Shown: positions 26,762 through 35,536, counted from the first letter of the stretch. The stretch is DNA of 64,000 nucleotides from Chloracidobacterium sp. (GCA_031430895.1 JANPCJ010000349.1:95-64094); one strand, 5' to 3'. The notes: generated by a model not told the origin, from the sequence alone. Program-made: numbers and translations.

Positions 26762-27340
26762 TGATCTTTCTTCAGCGTTCAGACGGGCGATTAGCTTGAG
26801 AGCGTCAACGTAAAGGTGATGCTCGTTAGCGAGAATCCTCGCAGACAACGAATCAACCGTATCGCCATCGTGAACCGCGACTGCGTGTTGAAGGATGATC
26901 GGACCGTTGTCGAGATGCTCATCAACATAGTGAACCGTACATCCAGTAATCTTTACGGCCCGGTCGAGAGCTTGTTTTTGCGCATCGAGACCGGGAAACG
27001 CGGGCAGCAAACTGGGATGAATATTGAGAATCCGATTGGGAAACGCTCTGATGAACGAAGGCGACAGCAGTCGCATATAACCCGCGAGACAAATAAGTTC
27101 GGCATCCCGTTTACGCAGTTCCGTTATGATCTCTGCGTCATGAACGTGGCGTGACCGGCCTTTTCGCTCGATGATTATCGTATCAACGCCACGCTCACGA
27201 GCTTTTTCGAGTCCGACCGCATCCGCTTTATCACTGATCACGATCGCGACCTCGGAATCCGCTATCTCACCGCGCTGCACGGCATCAATGAGGGCCGTCA
27301 TATTCGACCCGCGGCCCGATATCAGAATCCCGATCTTCAT
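26738..27340 (-). CDS. purN: Phosphoribosylglycinamide formyltransferase PurN
   Basis: MKIGILISGRGSNM, NIHPSLLPAFPG and TGCTVHYVDEHLDNGPII. Confidence 0.9.
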   Translation of the reverse strand: MKIGILISGRGSNMTALIDAVQRGEIADSEVAIVISDKADAVGLEKARERGVDTIIIERKGRSRHVHDAEIITELRKRDAELICLAGYMRLLSPSFIRAFPNRILNIHPSLLPAFPGLDAQKQALDRAVKITGCTVHYVDEHLDNGPIILQHAVAVHDGDTVDSLSARILANEHHLYVDALKLIARLNAEERSFEIADNG

Positions 27341-27756
27341 CCCCGTAAATATGCTCCGCGTCTCTGCGCCGAGAGACCGCCAAGGTACGCTGCCGCGAAC
27401 TTAGTTACAAAGGAGATAATGAAAAGCAGCGCAATTCGGTCCAGAGCACCTACAGCGACAACCACCGTAATATCGATCAGGAAATAGAAAAGCCAAACAA
27501 GCAACGCCGCTCTGACACTGTTTCCTTTGGAAAACTTTGTACCGATCCACCGCCCCGCCAAAAACATCAACGGTATTCCTGCGATGATGCTCGAATAAGG
27601 TGCGGCAACCTGTGCGTGTGCTTGATAATACGCCTCGTCATGTCCCGGATCGATCAGATAGCTGTACACGACCACGTACAGGACGCTGATCACAATATTA
27701 ACGATCATCACCCCAAGAGCGACCGGAACAGCGAGCCACCAGCGATTTTTTTCCAT
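27337..27756 (-). CDS. Hypothetical 4-TM membrane protein
   Basis: 139 aa with four hydrophobic helices. Its stop overlaps the purN start (ATGA). Confidence 0.55.
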   Translation of the reverse strand: MEKNRWWLAVPVALGVMIVNIVISVLYVVVYSYLIDPGHDEAYYQAHAQVAAPYSSIIAGIPLMFLAGRWIGTKFSKGNSVRAALLVWLFYFLIDITVVVAVGALDRIALLFIISFVTKFAAAYLGGLSAQRRGAYLRG

Positions 27757-27822
27757 ACTAATTCCTTGCGTTTTAACTCAACAGACTTGTACAATAATCC
27801 TGTCCAAGTAGCGAAACGCATT

Positions 27823-28116
27823 ATGGCTATTCAAACCTCATACAGCAATGCAAGAAACAACTTAGCATCTTTGTTGAATCAAGTCACCGACGAGCAGGAG
27901 ATCGTCGTCATTAGCCGTCGTGGCCATGAAGATGTGGCGATGATCAGCGCCGCAGAACTCTCGAGCATGATGGAAACCGCGCACCTCTTCCGTTCGCCCA
28001 AGAACGCGGCGAGACTGATGAGCGCGCTTGAGGAAGTTCGGGCCGGCGACGGAGAGAAGATAACGGTTGACGAGCTGCGTAAGGAATTTGGCGTTGAAAA
28101 GCGAAAATCAAAATAA
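27823..28116 (+). CDS. yefM: Phd/YefM-family antitoxin
   Basis: From ATG 27823: MAIQTSYSNARNNLASLLNQVTDEQEIVVISRRGHEDVAMISAAELSSMMETAHLFRSPKNA. Confidence 0.8.
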   Translation: MAIQTSYSNARNNLASLLNQVTDEQEIVVISRRGHEDVAMISAAELSSMMETAHLFRSPKNAARLMSALEEVRAGDGEKITVDELRKEFGVEKRKSK

Positions 28117-28372
28117 GAGTCGCGAGTCCGTCATTTCCTCAAAGTTTCGCGACGACCTGAGCTATTGGGAAACGGATAGACGGTCGTTGATCAAGGTTCT
28201 CGACTTGATGGGAGCGATCAATAGGGATCCTTTCGGCGGAATTGGTAAACCTGAACCTCTAAAGCACGCCGGAGCCGGTATTTGGTCCCGCCGAATTACC
28301 CAGGAACACCGCCTGACCTATGTGGTGAGCGAGGATCGGATCGAGTTTTTGCAGGCGAGGTATCATTACTAG
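28067..28372 (+). CDS. yoeB: Txe/YoeB-family toxin (start uncertain, possibly TTG near 28094)
   Basis: DDLSYWETDRRSLIKVLDLMGAINRDPFGGIGKPEPLKHAGAGIWSRRITQEHRLTYVVSEDRIEFLQARYHY aligns with E. coli YoeB (GKGKPEPLKH..WSRRIT.EHRLVY...CRYHY). Confidence 0.85.
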   Translation: MTSCVRNLALKSENQNKSRESVISSKFRDDLSYWETDRRSLIKVLDLMGAINRDPFGGIGKPEPLKHAGAGIWSRRITQEHRLTYVVSEDRIEFLQARYHY

Positions 28373-28551
28373 AGTTCTTTGAAAAACCTCGAAGTGGATA
28401 TTTCTTGATTTTTTCACTTGCTCCGATGGCTTTTTCCGTGTCTTTTCCGTGCGTTCCGTGGTGAAAAATCCTGAATCGACTGAATTAACCACGGAAAACA
28501 CGGAACAGACACGGAACAAGCTTTCTCGCTCGGGTTTTTCAAGGAACTCTA
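28370..28551. repeat. Composite palindromic element with TAGRGTTCTTTGAAAAACC termini and a ttccgtg-word hairpin core
   Basis: The left terminus is tagagttctttgaaaaacc (28370-28388; its TAG is the yoeB stop). The right terminus is ggtttttcaaggaactcta (28533-28551). In the core, ttccgtgtcttttccgtgcgttccgtggt pairs with accacggaaaacacggaacagacacggaa. Confidence 0.85.
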
Positions 28552-28557
28552 CTAATT

Positions 28558-28785
28558 ATGAGTATGAAAATGATTGATGAAATAGCCTATATTAACGAGC
28601 TTGGTGTGTCACTTCGGAAGTCGCGAGAAGCAGCGGGCATAACCAAGGACGAATTGGCCGCGAAAATAGACACAACGAAATCCGTCATATCCCGAATCGA
28701 AGACAGTACGGGTAGCATTTCGGCCAAATTCTTGCGGAAATACGCCAAAGCTCTCGGAAAGAAGGTTAATCTTGAGATCGTCTGA
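28558..28785 (+). CDS. XRE-family HTH protein (orphan antitoxin-like)
   Basis: [58 protein letters not shown] truncated paralogue lies at 30886-31038. Confidence 0.7.
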   Translation: MSMKMIDEIAYINELGVSLRKSREAAGITKDELAAKIDTTKSVISRIEDSTGSISAKFLRKYAKALGKKVNLEIV

Positions 28786-28964
28786 TCGAAAATGTCGTTG
28801 TCAGACCTGACGCTAACAATTTCTCGCATAGCCGCTTTGACTTGGTACTGAGAGAATCGGCTTCTTGTTTGTATTGATCGTGATAAGCCACCCTTTTGAG
28901 TGTGTTATACGGAATGATTCCGCATAATCACAAGTTCGGCGGCTACTTGCTCTGTTAATCAAAT

Positions 28965-29495
28965 ATGAATGAACTCACACAGTTAACCGAATTAGCTAAA
29001 CAGTTTTTCGACATGGCGAATGCAATCGCTGCTTTTTCAGTGATTCAGACGTTGGCACTTCTGTATGCCTTTTCCACAAACTCTCGACTCGTTGCCGCGT
29101 TCCTTCGGTGGCGTCCCTACACTTCTGTTCTATCTAAACATGCTGGCAACGCATACATCATCGGAGTTATTGGCTGCGGCATTGCTGAGTTTTGGCTCCG
29201 CTACGATGCCGGTCAACGCGGCGCACTTTTAGGTGCCTGTGTGATTGCAGTAGTGCTCAGGTGTACAGCAATCTATATAACCGCCTCAGCATATCGTCGA
29301 GTGTTCGTTGCCGTCTGCCGCGAGGAGGACTGGCTCAACAAGAACCGGAAAGACCGCGAATTACAGATTCCGCGCATCTTACCCAATCGTTCCAAGACCG
29401 AGAGGTGGCTGTATGAGAAAGCAGAGAAGATTGACAAATCACTCTTCGGCTCACCAGTTGAGAAAGTAATTGAAGCGAAGGACTTTGACCAATGA
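28965..29495 (+). CDS. Hypothetical membrane protein
   Basis: 176 aa with four hydrophobic segments and a charged C-terminal tail. No recognisable motif. Confidence 0.5.
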   Translation: MNELTQLTELAKQFFDMANAIAAFSVIQTLALLYAFSTNSRLVAAFLRWRPYTSVLSKHAGNAYIIGVIGCGIAEFWLRYDAGQRGALLGACVIAVVLRCTAIYITASAYRRVFVAVCREEDWLNKNRKDRELQIPRILPNRSKTERWLYEKAEKIDKSLFGSPVEKVIEAKDFDQ

Positions 29496-29672
29496 CCGCG
29501 CCGCCGAACAACTCATTGAACCGGAGCGGAATCAGCTTGTCTTTCATCGAGAACTCGGATGCTATTCGCAGATTCTTCCCGCCCGGTTAATTCGGGTGTT
29601 GAGGTGAGGTGGCTAATCTTTCGGACGCTGACCAGCACTTGCATCATCTAATTGTTGTCGTTACAATAATAC

Positions 29673-29948
29673 ATGAGGATTGAGTATGATCCTGAGAAGC
29701 GGCAGAAAACCATCGACGAGCGAGGGCTTGACTTTGAGGACGCTGCCGCCGTATTCGAGGGCATCACTTTCGAGGTCGAGGATACGCGGCGAGATTATGG
29801 AGAGATACGGATGCTCTGCTTTGGTCATCTCGCCAGTCGGCTGGTGGTTATCGGCTATGTCGAACGTGGATCAATTCGTCACATCTTTAGCATGAGAAAA
29901 GCGAATGAACGTGAAAAAACCAAAATCGGGCCGCATCTTGAGGTCTGA
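29673..29948 (+). CDS. brnT: BrnT-family (DUF497) toxin
   Basis: MRIEYDPEKRQKTIDERGLDFEDAAAVFEG...YGEIRMLCFGHLASRLVVIGYVERGSIRHIFSMRKANEREK. Confidence 0.8.
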   Translation: MRIEYDPEKRQKTIDERGLDFEDAAAVFEGITFEVEDTRRDYGEIRMLCFGHLASRLVVIGYVERGSIRHIFSMRKANEREKTKIGPHLEV

Positions 29949-30183
29949 TCTAGTGCGCGTGGACTCGCACAAGATCATAGCGAACGAGTATAAGGAGCTT
30001 CCTGAGTTGACTGATGAGATGATCGCTCGCGGCACTATCAAGCGTGCGGGACGACCGGTTGCACTCAATCCGCGGCGCCAAGTCACCATTCGTCTGCCTG
30101 AATCAGTTCTCGCCGCATGGAAGGCCTCAGGTCCCGGTTGGCAAACCCGCATGGCCGAATTGCTTGGCGAGCGATCTACTTAA
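29905..30183 (+). CDS. brnA: BrnA-family antitoxin
   Basis: The C-terminal KRAGRPVALNPRRQVTIRLPESVLAAWKASGPGWQTRMAELL is an RHH-like BrnA/DUF4415 pattern. The gene overlaps brnT. Confidence 0.7.
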   Translation: MNVKKPKSGRILRSDLVRVDSHKIIANEYKELPELTDEMIARGTIKRAGRPVALNPRRQVTIRLPESVLAAWKASGPGWQTRMAELLGERST

Positions 30184-30229
30184 TTAAATAAGAGTGTACA
30201 ACTTGTACGCTTTGACATATACTCTTTGT

Positions 30230-30469
30230 ATGAAAACAGTACCTGTTGCCGAAGTGAGATCAAATCTGTCAATGCTGCTCAAGGAAGTGGAATCCGGACA
30301 CGAGATCGGTATTTCGTTTGGAAGACGCCGTGAGACGATTGCCGTCATTGTTCCGATTGCGGAATATAAAAAAATAAAGGCACGGAGACTTGGCTCATTG
30401 GCTGGTAAGCTGACCGTTGAGTTTAAGGACAACTGGAAAATGAGTGACGATGAATTCTTAAGTTCATGA
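30230..30469 (+). CDS. Phd/YefM-type antitoxin
   Basis: From ATG 30230: MKTVPVAEVRSNLSMLLKEVESGHEIGISFGRRRETIAVIVPIAEY. It overlaps the PIN gene by 4 nt. Confidence 0.7.
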   Translation: MKTVPVAEVRSNLSMLLKEVESGHEIGISFGRRRETIAVIVPIAEYKKIKARRLGSLAGKLTVEFKDNWKMSDDEFLSS

Positions 30470-30864
30470 GAATACTGGCCGACACTCACTTTCTAATTTG
30501 GAGTTTTACGAATCCGGAGAAGATAAGTCCCTCAATTGCTAAGCAACTCACTTCCGAACTTAACCAGATTTTTTACAGCCAAGCCAGCCTTTGGGAGATT
30601 TCAATCAAATATAGCTCTGGCAGGTTAGTGCTAAACGGAATGTCGCCGGAAGAGTTGTTTGAAGAGATCGACACAAGTCATTTTTCCTGTCTTCCGCTTA
30701 GGAATGAGGATCTGATCTCATTTTATCGACTACCCGTGGAACATCGCGATCCGTTTGATCGAATCATGATTTGGCAATGTATTAACAATGGTCTTATTTT
30801 CCTATCCGTCGATGATGCCGCTGCAAATTACGAAAAGTATGGTTTGAAGATATTGATTAGCTAA
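30466..30864 (+). CDS. vapC: PIN-domain toxin VapC
   Basis: MRILADTHFLIW, ASLWEISIKYSSGRL and HRDPFDRIMIWQ. It is a paralogue of 50727-51122. Confidence 0.8.
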   Translation: MRILADTHFLIWSFTNPEKISPSIAKQLTSELNQIFYSQASLWEISIKYSSGRLVLNGMSPEELFEEIDTSHFSCLPLRNEDLISFYRLPVEHRDPFDRIMIWQCINNGLIFLSVDDAAANYEKYGLKILIS

Positions 30865-30885
30865 CGATTGCCCTTGGGGTAGTAG

Positions 30886-31038
30886 GCCGGCCCGACTCAG
30901 GAAGAGGTTGCGGAAAAGCTGGAAACTAAAAAATCGGTGATCTCACGGATCGAGAACCATGCGGAAGATATTCGGCTCTCCACTCTACACAAATACGCCA
31001 AAGCGTTGGGCAAAAAAGTCAATTTGGAGATCGTCTGA
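30886..31038 (+). pseudogene. 5'-truncated XRE-family HTH gene fragment
   Basis: [50 protein letters not shown] is preceded by two in-frame TAGs. Its C-terminus is near-identical to that of 28558-28785. Confidence 0.65.
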
Positions 31039-31465
31039 CGCCGACGCTTCCTGCTTTTCGTCTCAAAGAAATTGCTGACCAAAAAAAGTAGATGCTCAAA
31101 CCTGCACTTACAAGCGAATAAAATGAGATGGGATTAATATAATAATCGTGCTCGTTATAATTTGATTTCAAAATAAGGTAGCCGACGATTCCAGACATTA
31201 AGGCGGCTAAAATTGCTGTAATAATAACACAGTGCTTTGCCCACGATTTTCTGTGGTCAAGTCCAAAAAAGGCTAAAGTTGATGGAATCGTTGTAGCCAA
31301 TAAAAAAATCAGTAAAATAAATGCTTCCCAAGAAAAAAGACCTGCAAATGCTAATGCAAATAGGAAAAGCACCCCGATTATTGAAAGATTTGCGATTCCA
31401 TAAAACAAAAGAATATAACCCAGGACAGGTGTGCGGAATGAGGGTTCGATGGTCTTTTCAGACAT
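31019..31465 (-). CDS. Hypothetical 4-TM membrane protein in an AT-rich patch
   Basis: 148 aa, very hydrophobic, visibly A+T-rich DNA (31080-31480). It lies immediately downstream of purM. Confidence 0.5.
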   Translation of the reverse strand: MSEKTIEPSFRTPVLGYILLFYGIANLSIIGVLFLFALAFAGLFSWEAFILLIFLLATTIPSTLAFFGLDHRKSWAKHCVIITAILAALMSGIVGYLILKSNYNEHDYYINPISFYSLVSAGLSIYFFWSAISLRRKAGSVGVRRSPN

Positions 31466-31485
31466 ATCAGCCTTAATAAATATTC

Positions 31486-32538
31486 TTAAGAAATGGAAAT
31501 TATCTTATTTCCTGTCACTACTTTTCCAATCTCATAACAATTGCCAAAATGATTCTGCACAGCGGCTCTGTCTTCTAATGGGCAAACGACCAACATCCCG
31601 ATTCCCATATTGAATGTGCGGAACATCTCCTTTTCATCGACATTGCCGAGACGCTGCATTAGGCCGAATATTGGAAGTTCGGGCCAGGTTCCTCGGTTTA
31701 TTTCGACTGAGACACCTTCGGGCAGGATTCTTGGGATGTTTTCGAGGAAGCCGCCGCCGGTGATGTGGACGAGGCCTTTGATGAGCGGAGAGCCCTCACT
31801 ACCTTCCGCCTGTGAAACTTCGTCAAGCAGCGGGCCGATCTGTGGCAAAAAACTGGCGTGAGTAGCGAGCAGTGCTTCGCCGACGGTTGTGCCTAGTTCG
31901 TCGATGTACGAATCTGGAGTGTAGCCGCCGACCTCGAAAAAGAGTTTGCGTGCCAAGGAATAGCCGTTTGTCTGTAAACCGGTCGACGGAATTCCGAGAA
32001 CGGCATCGCCCGGCGTGATCGATTTGCCGTCGATGACCTTTGGTTTATCGACGACACCGACGATAAAACCGGCGAGGTCGTATTCGCCATCGGCATACAT
32101 TGAGGGCATCTCGGCTGTTTCGCCGCCGAGCCGGCCGCACCCGTTTTCGCGGCAGGCCCGGGCCATGCCTTCGACGACGGACGCCGTGACATCTGGTTCG
32201 AGTTTCCCGGTCGCAAAATAATCGAGAAAGAATAACGGCCGTGCGCCTTGCACCAAAATATCATTGACGCAGTGATTTACAAGATCGGCGCCGACCGTGT
32301 TGTGGATTCCGGTCTCAAACGCCAGCTTCAGCTTTGTCCCTACGCCGTCCGCCGAAGCGACCAGAATCGGCTCGGCCATCTGTGGAAAAGCTGCGGAAAA
32401 CATCCCGCCAAAGCTGCCGATCTCCGTCAGCGTCCGCTCGTTAAACGTGCTCCGCGCGTATTCGCGTATCTTGGCAACCGCCAGATTTGCGTTGTCGATC
32501 GAGACGCCTGCGTCGGCGTATGAGATTGAACTCGTCAT
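31486..32538 (-). CDS. purM: Phosphoribosylformylglycinamidine cyclo-ligase PurM
   Basis: From ATG 32538 (AAGGAG RBS 8 nt upstream): MTSSISYADAGVSIDN, plus DGVGTKL and GLVHITGGGF. The start overlaps the vapC stop (ATGA). Confidence 0.9.
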   Translation of the reverse strand: MTSSISYADAGVSIDNANLAVAKIREYARSTFNERTLTEIGSFGGMFSAAFPQMAEPILVASADGVGTKLKLAFETGIHNTVGADLVNHCVNDILVQGARPLFFLDYFATGKLEPDVTASVVEGMARACRENGCGRLGGETAEMPSMYADGEYDLAGFIVGVVDKPKVIDGKSITPGDAVLGIPSTGLQTNGYSLARKLFFEVGGYTPDSYIDELGTTVGEALLATHASFLPQIGPLLDEVSQAEGSEGSPLIKGLVHITGGGFLENIPRILPEGVSVEINRGTWPELPIFGLMQRLGNVDEKEMFRTFNMGIGMLVVCPLEDRAAVQNHFGNCYEIGKVVTGNKIISIS

Positions 32539-32927
32539 ATCGGCTCCTTGGCGGTCGGTGCGCACTTCTTTAATATGGCCCGGTCAAAAGTGATTAGTTG
32601 GTTCGCATTTTGCGTCGCTTCTGCAACCGAATAACAATCGATGAACGAAAGACTTCCCAACGCAACGTAAAGGTCAAAGGCTTCGTTGATTAAGGTCTCA
32701 CTGAAAGTAACGGTGTTCAGCTCGAATAGGATCGCCATGAAATTTTTGACGAACTTGCGATCAAGCTTGTAAACCTTTTCAAGCACGAAGACGCATTCCG
32801 CCACAACCGCATCCGTTACGTAGCACGGTGAGTGGCTGACGAACTCAGCGGCCTTGGCTGACTGCTCGGGAACATCATTCAGAATGAGACGAAGAACGAC
32901 ATTAGAATCAAGGCTTGTTACGTTCAT
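32535..32927 (-). CDS. vapC: PIN-domain toxin VapC
   Basis: LDSNVVLRLILND, YVTDAVVAECVFVL and SFIDCYSVAEA. The protein is 130 aa. Confidence 0.75.
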   Translation of the reverse strand: MNVTSLDSNVVLRLILNDVPEQSAKAAEFVSHSPCYVTDAVVAECVFVLEKVYKLDRKFVKNFMAILFELNTVTFSETLINEAFDLYVALGSLSFIDCYSVAEATQNANQLITFDRAILKKCAPTAKEPI

Positions 32928-33190
32928 CGGCCAAACATCTCTTCAGCAGCGATTTCCCTGAGTTCACGTACTGTAAGGCCCTTCAGGTGCTCAGGGATAT
33001 TCACCTTCTTGAGCATTTCATCCCGCAGTTTTTCAAACTCCCCAATTGAAATTCCCGTGTCGATCTCCACGTTCTTACGTTTGTTTACAAAGAGCTTAAC
33101 ATTTTGTCCTGTCTTCAGCCCCAGAGCTTTTCTGATCGGAGAGGCGATCGTTATCGTGCCTTTGCTGGTTATCGTGGTCTTGTATTTCAT
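32924..33190 (-). CDS. AbrB/SpoVT-fold antitoxin VapB
   Basis: MKYKTTITSKGTITIASPIRKALGLKTGQNVKLFV. It overlaps vapC by 4 nt. Confidence 0.75.
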   Translation of the reverse strand: MKYKTTITSKGTITIASPIRKALGLKTGQNVKLFVNKRKNVEIDTGISIGEFEKLRDEMLKKVNIPEHLKGLTVRELREIAAEEMFGR

Positions 33191-33306
33191 GTATTACACT
33201 ATACAAAACGTAATACTTCTTGTCGATTTCTTTCATCTTGGTTGACTCTTATCCCAATCAAGCTTCCGGGCTGCGGGAGTCGAGCAGTCTATCGTACAAT
33301 AAGATT

Positions 33307-33693
33307 ATGAGCTTCACACTAACTGATCTCAGCAGCGAGAACAACTTTGAATTTAATGCCAACGTATGGAACTGGAAAGCGGCGCTTGAGGTAGTAAAGA
33401 GCCTCAACATTGTCAGTGAGGGAGCGGTGCGGCAAATGACGTATAACGCGACCGGTGTCAAAATCTCGATGGATGACGCACACGAGATCGGTTCGCGGAT
33501 AGAGAAAGAATGGCTGCCAAAACTTGCTCCGAATAAACGCGTGTTTGCCGATCTCTCGATCACCGATTCCCCAGACGACATGACTTTGCACCGGGAAGGC
33601 GACGAAGAATGGAAAAATTACAGCGCGAGCCACGATTGGTTCGCGGAATTCGCCAAGTTCTGCCTTAAGTCAAAAGGCTTTCAGGTGTTCTAA
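33307..33693 (+). CDS. Hypothetical protein
   Basis: From ATG 33307: MSFTLTDLSSENNFEFNANVWNWKAALEVVK... It is 128 aa with no recognised motif. Confidence 0.45.
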   Translation: MSFTLTDLSSENNFEFNANVWNWKAALEVVKSLNIVSEGAVRQMTYNATGVKISMDDAHEIGSRIEKEWLPKLAPNKRVFADLSITDSPDDMTLHREGDEEWKNYSASHDWFAEFAKFCLKSKGFQVF

Positions 33694-33839
33694 AAGGCAG
33701 AGACCTGAGCGGTAGCGAGGGTGTTGCCTTCATTTGGTTTGAAGGCAGAGACCTGAGCGGTAGCAAGGGTGTTGCCTTCATTTGGTATTGTTTCGACATA
33801 ACGCAAGAACACACTCCCTACCGGTCGTGTTTCCGCCTT
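33694..33839. repeat. Two tandem REP-B hairpin units (48-bp period) followed by one REP-A unit
   Basis: aaggcagagacctgagcggtagcGagggtgttgccttcatttggt lies at 33694-33738 and again at 33742-33786 with one substitution. gaacacactccctaccggtcgtgtttccgcctt lies at 33807-33839. Confidence 0.85.
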
Positions 33840-33842
33840 CTC

Positions 33843-35447
33843 ATGGAAAACCTCCAAGACATTTTCAAGAATCTTTATGTTCAGATCGGCCTTTTGATCA
33901 TTTTCGCGACTGGCCACGGGTATGCCGGTGCCTGGCTCGCGGTCAGAATGCTGTTCCGGCCACGCCTTCCCTTTAAAATACTTGGCATAACCGTCTTCCC
34001 TCAGGGAATGATTCCGCGACACCGTGACCGGCTTGCGAATGCCATCGGCAAGGCGGTCGGCGAAGAGCTTGTTTCGCAAGATACGATCATCCAGCAGCTG
34101 ACCGGTAATGATTTTCTGCGTAAAAAAATACAAACGGTCGTCGATTCTTATACAAACGAGATACTCGCCAAGGATTATCCGTCGCTGATCGAGGCTTTGC
34201 CAAAAAATGTCCGCGGGCCAGTTCTCGACGCTATCTCGGCGTTACAGCTGAAACTTGCCAACCACATTAAGTCAGTTCTGAAGAGCGAAGAATCCCTTGA
34301 GACGATTCGCGGGTTTGTGACCCGTCGCGTTGATGATGTACTCGGAAAACGCGTTTCCGAGGTTCTAGACGATGAGACGTTTGCAAGGATAGTCGGCTTT
34401 CTGGACGAACGTTTCAGAACGGCTGTCAAAGCCAGGAATTTTGAATCAACCATTCGCGATTTCATAAGTCGACGTCTCGACGATCTTATCAACTCGGAAA
34501 CGCCGCTGGGCAATATGTTCACAGCCGATGCGGTCGCCCTGTTAAAGGAGAAGGCAAATGAGCAGATCGAACCCGCAATTCACCAGCTTACCGAGCTTGC
34601 CGCCGCCGAAAAGACCCGCAATCAGATCGGCGCCCTAATCAAGCACGAAGTTCACGACTATTACGAAAATCTGTCGTTCTTTAAGAAAATATTTGTCTCG
34701 CGTGAGACGCTGCTCGACGAGGTCGACGAACTAGTCAACGACAATCTGCCAAAGCGGATCGAGGAAACACTGCGCGGTGCATTCTTTGCCGAAGAGGCCC
34801 GAAATTTTATCGGTTCCAGCATCGACAATGCCCTTGCCAAACCGCTCCCAGTCGTCATCGGCTCGGTCGCGCCGGAGCAACTCGCCAGATTAAAGGAACA
34901 GGTCACGAAATCGGTCCTCAGCCTTCTCCAGAGCGACGAAACAATGTCGGGTATTACAACATACATTCGCGAGACGCTCGAGAAACTCCGCCCGCACAGC
35001 ATCGACGCGATTCTGCAAATCATCCACCCGGAATCTGAAGAAAAGCTAAAGAAACTGCTGGCAAACGGCTTGCTCGACATCATCTCCCGCGAGGAAACCT
35101 CAAACATAATCAACGAAATGCTCGCCGGCCAGATCGACCGTCTGCTCTCAAAACCAATAGGCAAGCTCGCCGATCATATATCCGAAGCAAAGCTCCGCGA
35201 GGCAAGTTCATCGCTAACCGACGCCATCATCGCCGCCGTCCATTCAAAACTGCCCGACGCCGTGGCCGAATTCGATGTCGCCGGCATGGTCCGTGAAAAA
35301 ATACGAAATTATCCACCCGAAAAACTCGAGGCGCTGGTGATGTCCGTCGCCAAAGAACATCTGCGAACCATCGAACTGTTTGGGGCATTGTTCGGGTTTT
35401 TCATCGGAGTTTTACAGGCGATCCAGTTTTATATCTACGCGAGATGA
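33843..35447 (+). CDS. DUF445-family membrane-associated protein
   Basis: GHGYAGAWLAVRMLFRPRLP...QGMIPRHRDRLANAIGKAVGEELV at the N-terminus, a long helical repeat region, and a C-terminal TM (LFGALFGFFIGVLQAIQFYIY). Confidence 0.65.
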   Translation: MENLQDIFKNLYVQIGLLIIFATGHGYAGAWLAVRMLFRPRLPFKILGITVFPQGMIPRHRDRLANAIGKAVGEELVSQDTIIQQLTGNDFLRKKIQTVVDSYTNEILAKDYPSLIEALPKNVRGPVLDAISALQLKLANHIKSVLKSEESLETIRGFVTRRVDDVLGKRVSEVLDDETFARIVGFLDERFRTAVKARNFESTIRDFISRRLDDLINSETPLGNMFTADAVALLKEKANEQIEPAIHQLTELAAAEKTRNQIGALIKHEVHDYYENLSFFKKIFVSRETLLDEVDELVNDNLPKRIEETLRGAFFAEEARNFIGSSIDNALAKPLPVVIGSVAPEQLARLKEQVTKSVLSLLQSDETMSGITTYIRETLEKLRPHSIDAILQIIHPESEEKLKKLLANGLLDIISREETSNIINEMLAGQIDRLLSKPIGKLADHISEAKLREASSSLTDAIIAAVHSKLPDAVAEFDVAGMVREKIRNYPPEKLEALVMSVAKEHLRTIELFGALFGFFIGVLQAIQFYIYAR

Positions 35448-35536
35448 TTCCAGAATAGGACGTACCGTTCTTTGTACTTGCTAACGCATTTTACTAAAAT
35501 GGAAATGGGTTATGTCGTTAAACGCGCAAGAAAGAC

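Noticed and set aside
27341-33700. Looked for integrase, transposase or recombinase genes, or tRNA-adjacent att sites, that could explain the TA-rich islands.
   Set aside because: None is recognisable in any frame. The only tRNA (45448-45534) is not adjacent to the islands, so no mobile-element call is made.
33694-33786. A possible CRISPR array, given the tandem 45-nt hairpin repeats here and the many palindromic repeats elsewhere.
   Set aside because: There are only two copies, separated by 3 bp, with no unique spacers. No cas genes lie in the window. The other repeats are dispersed single hairpins.
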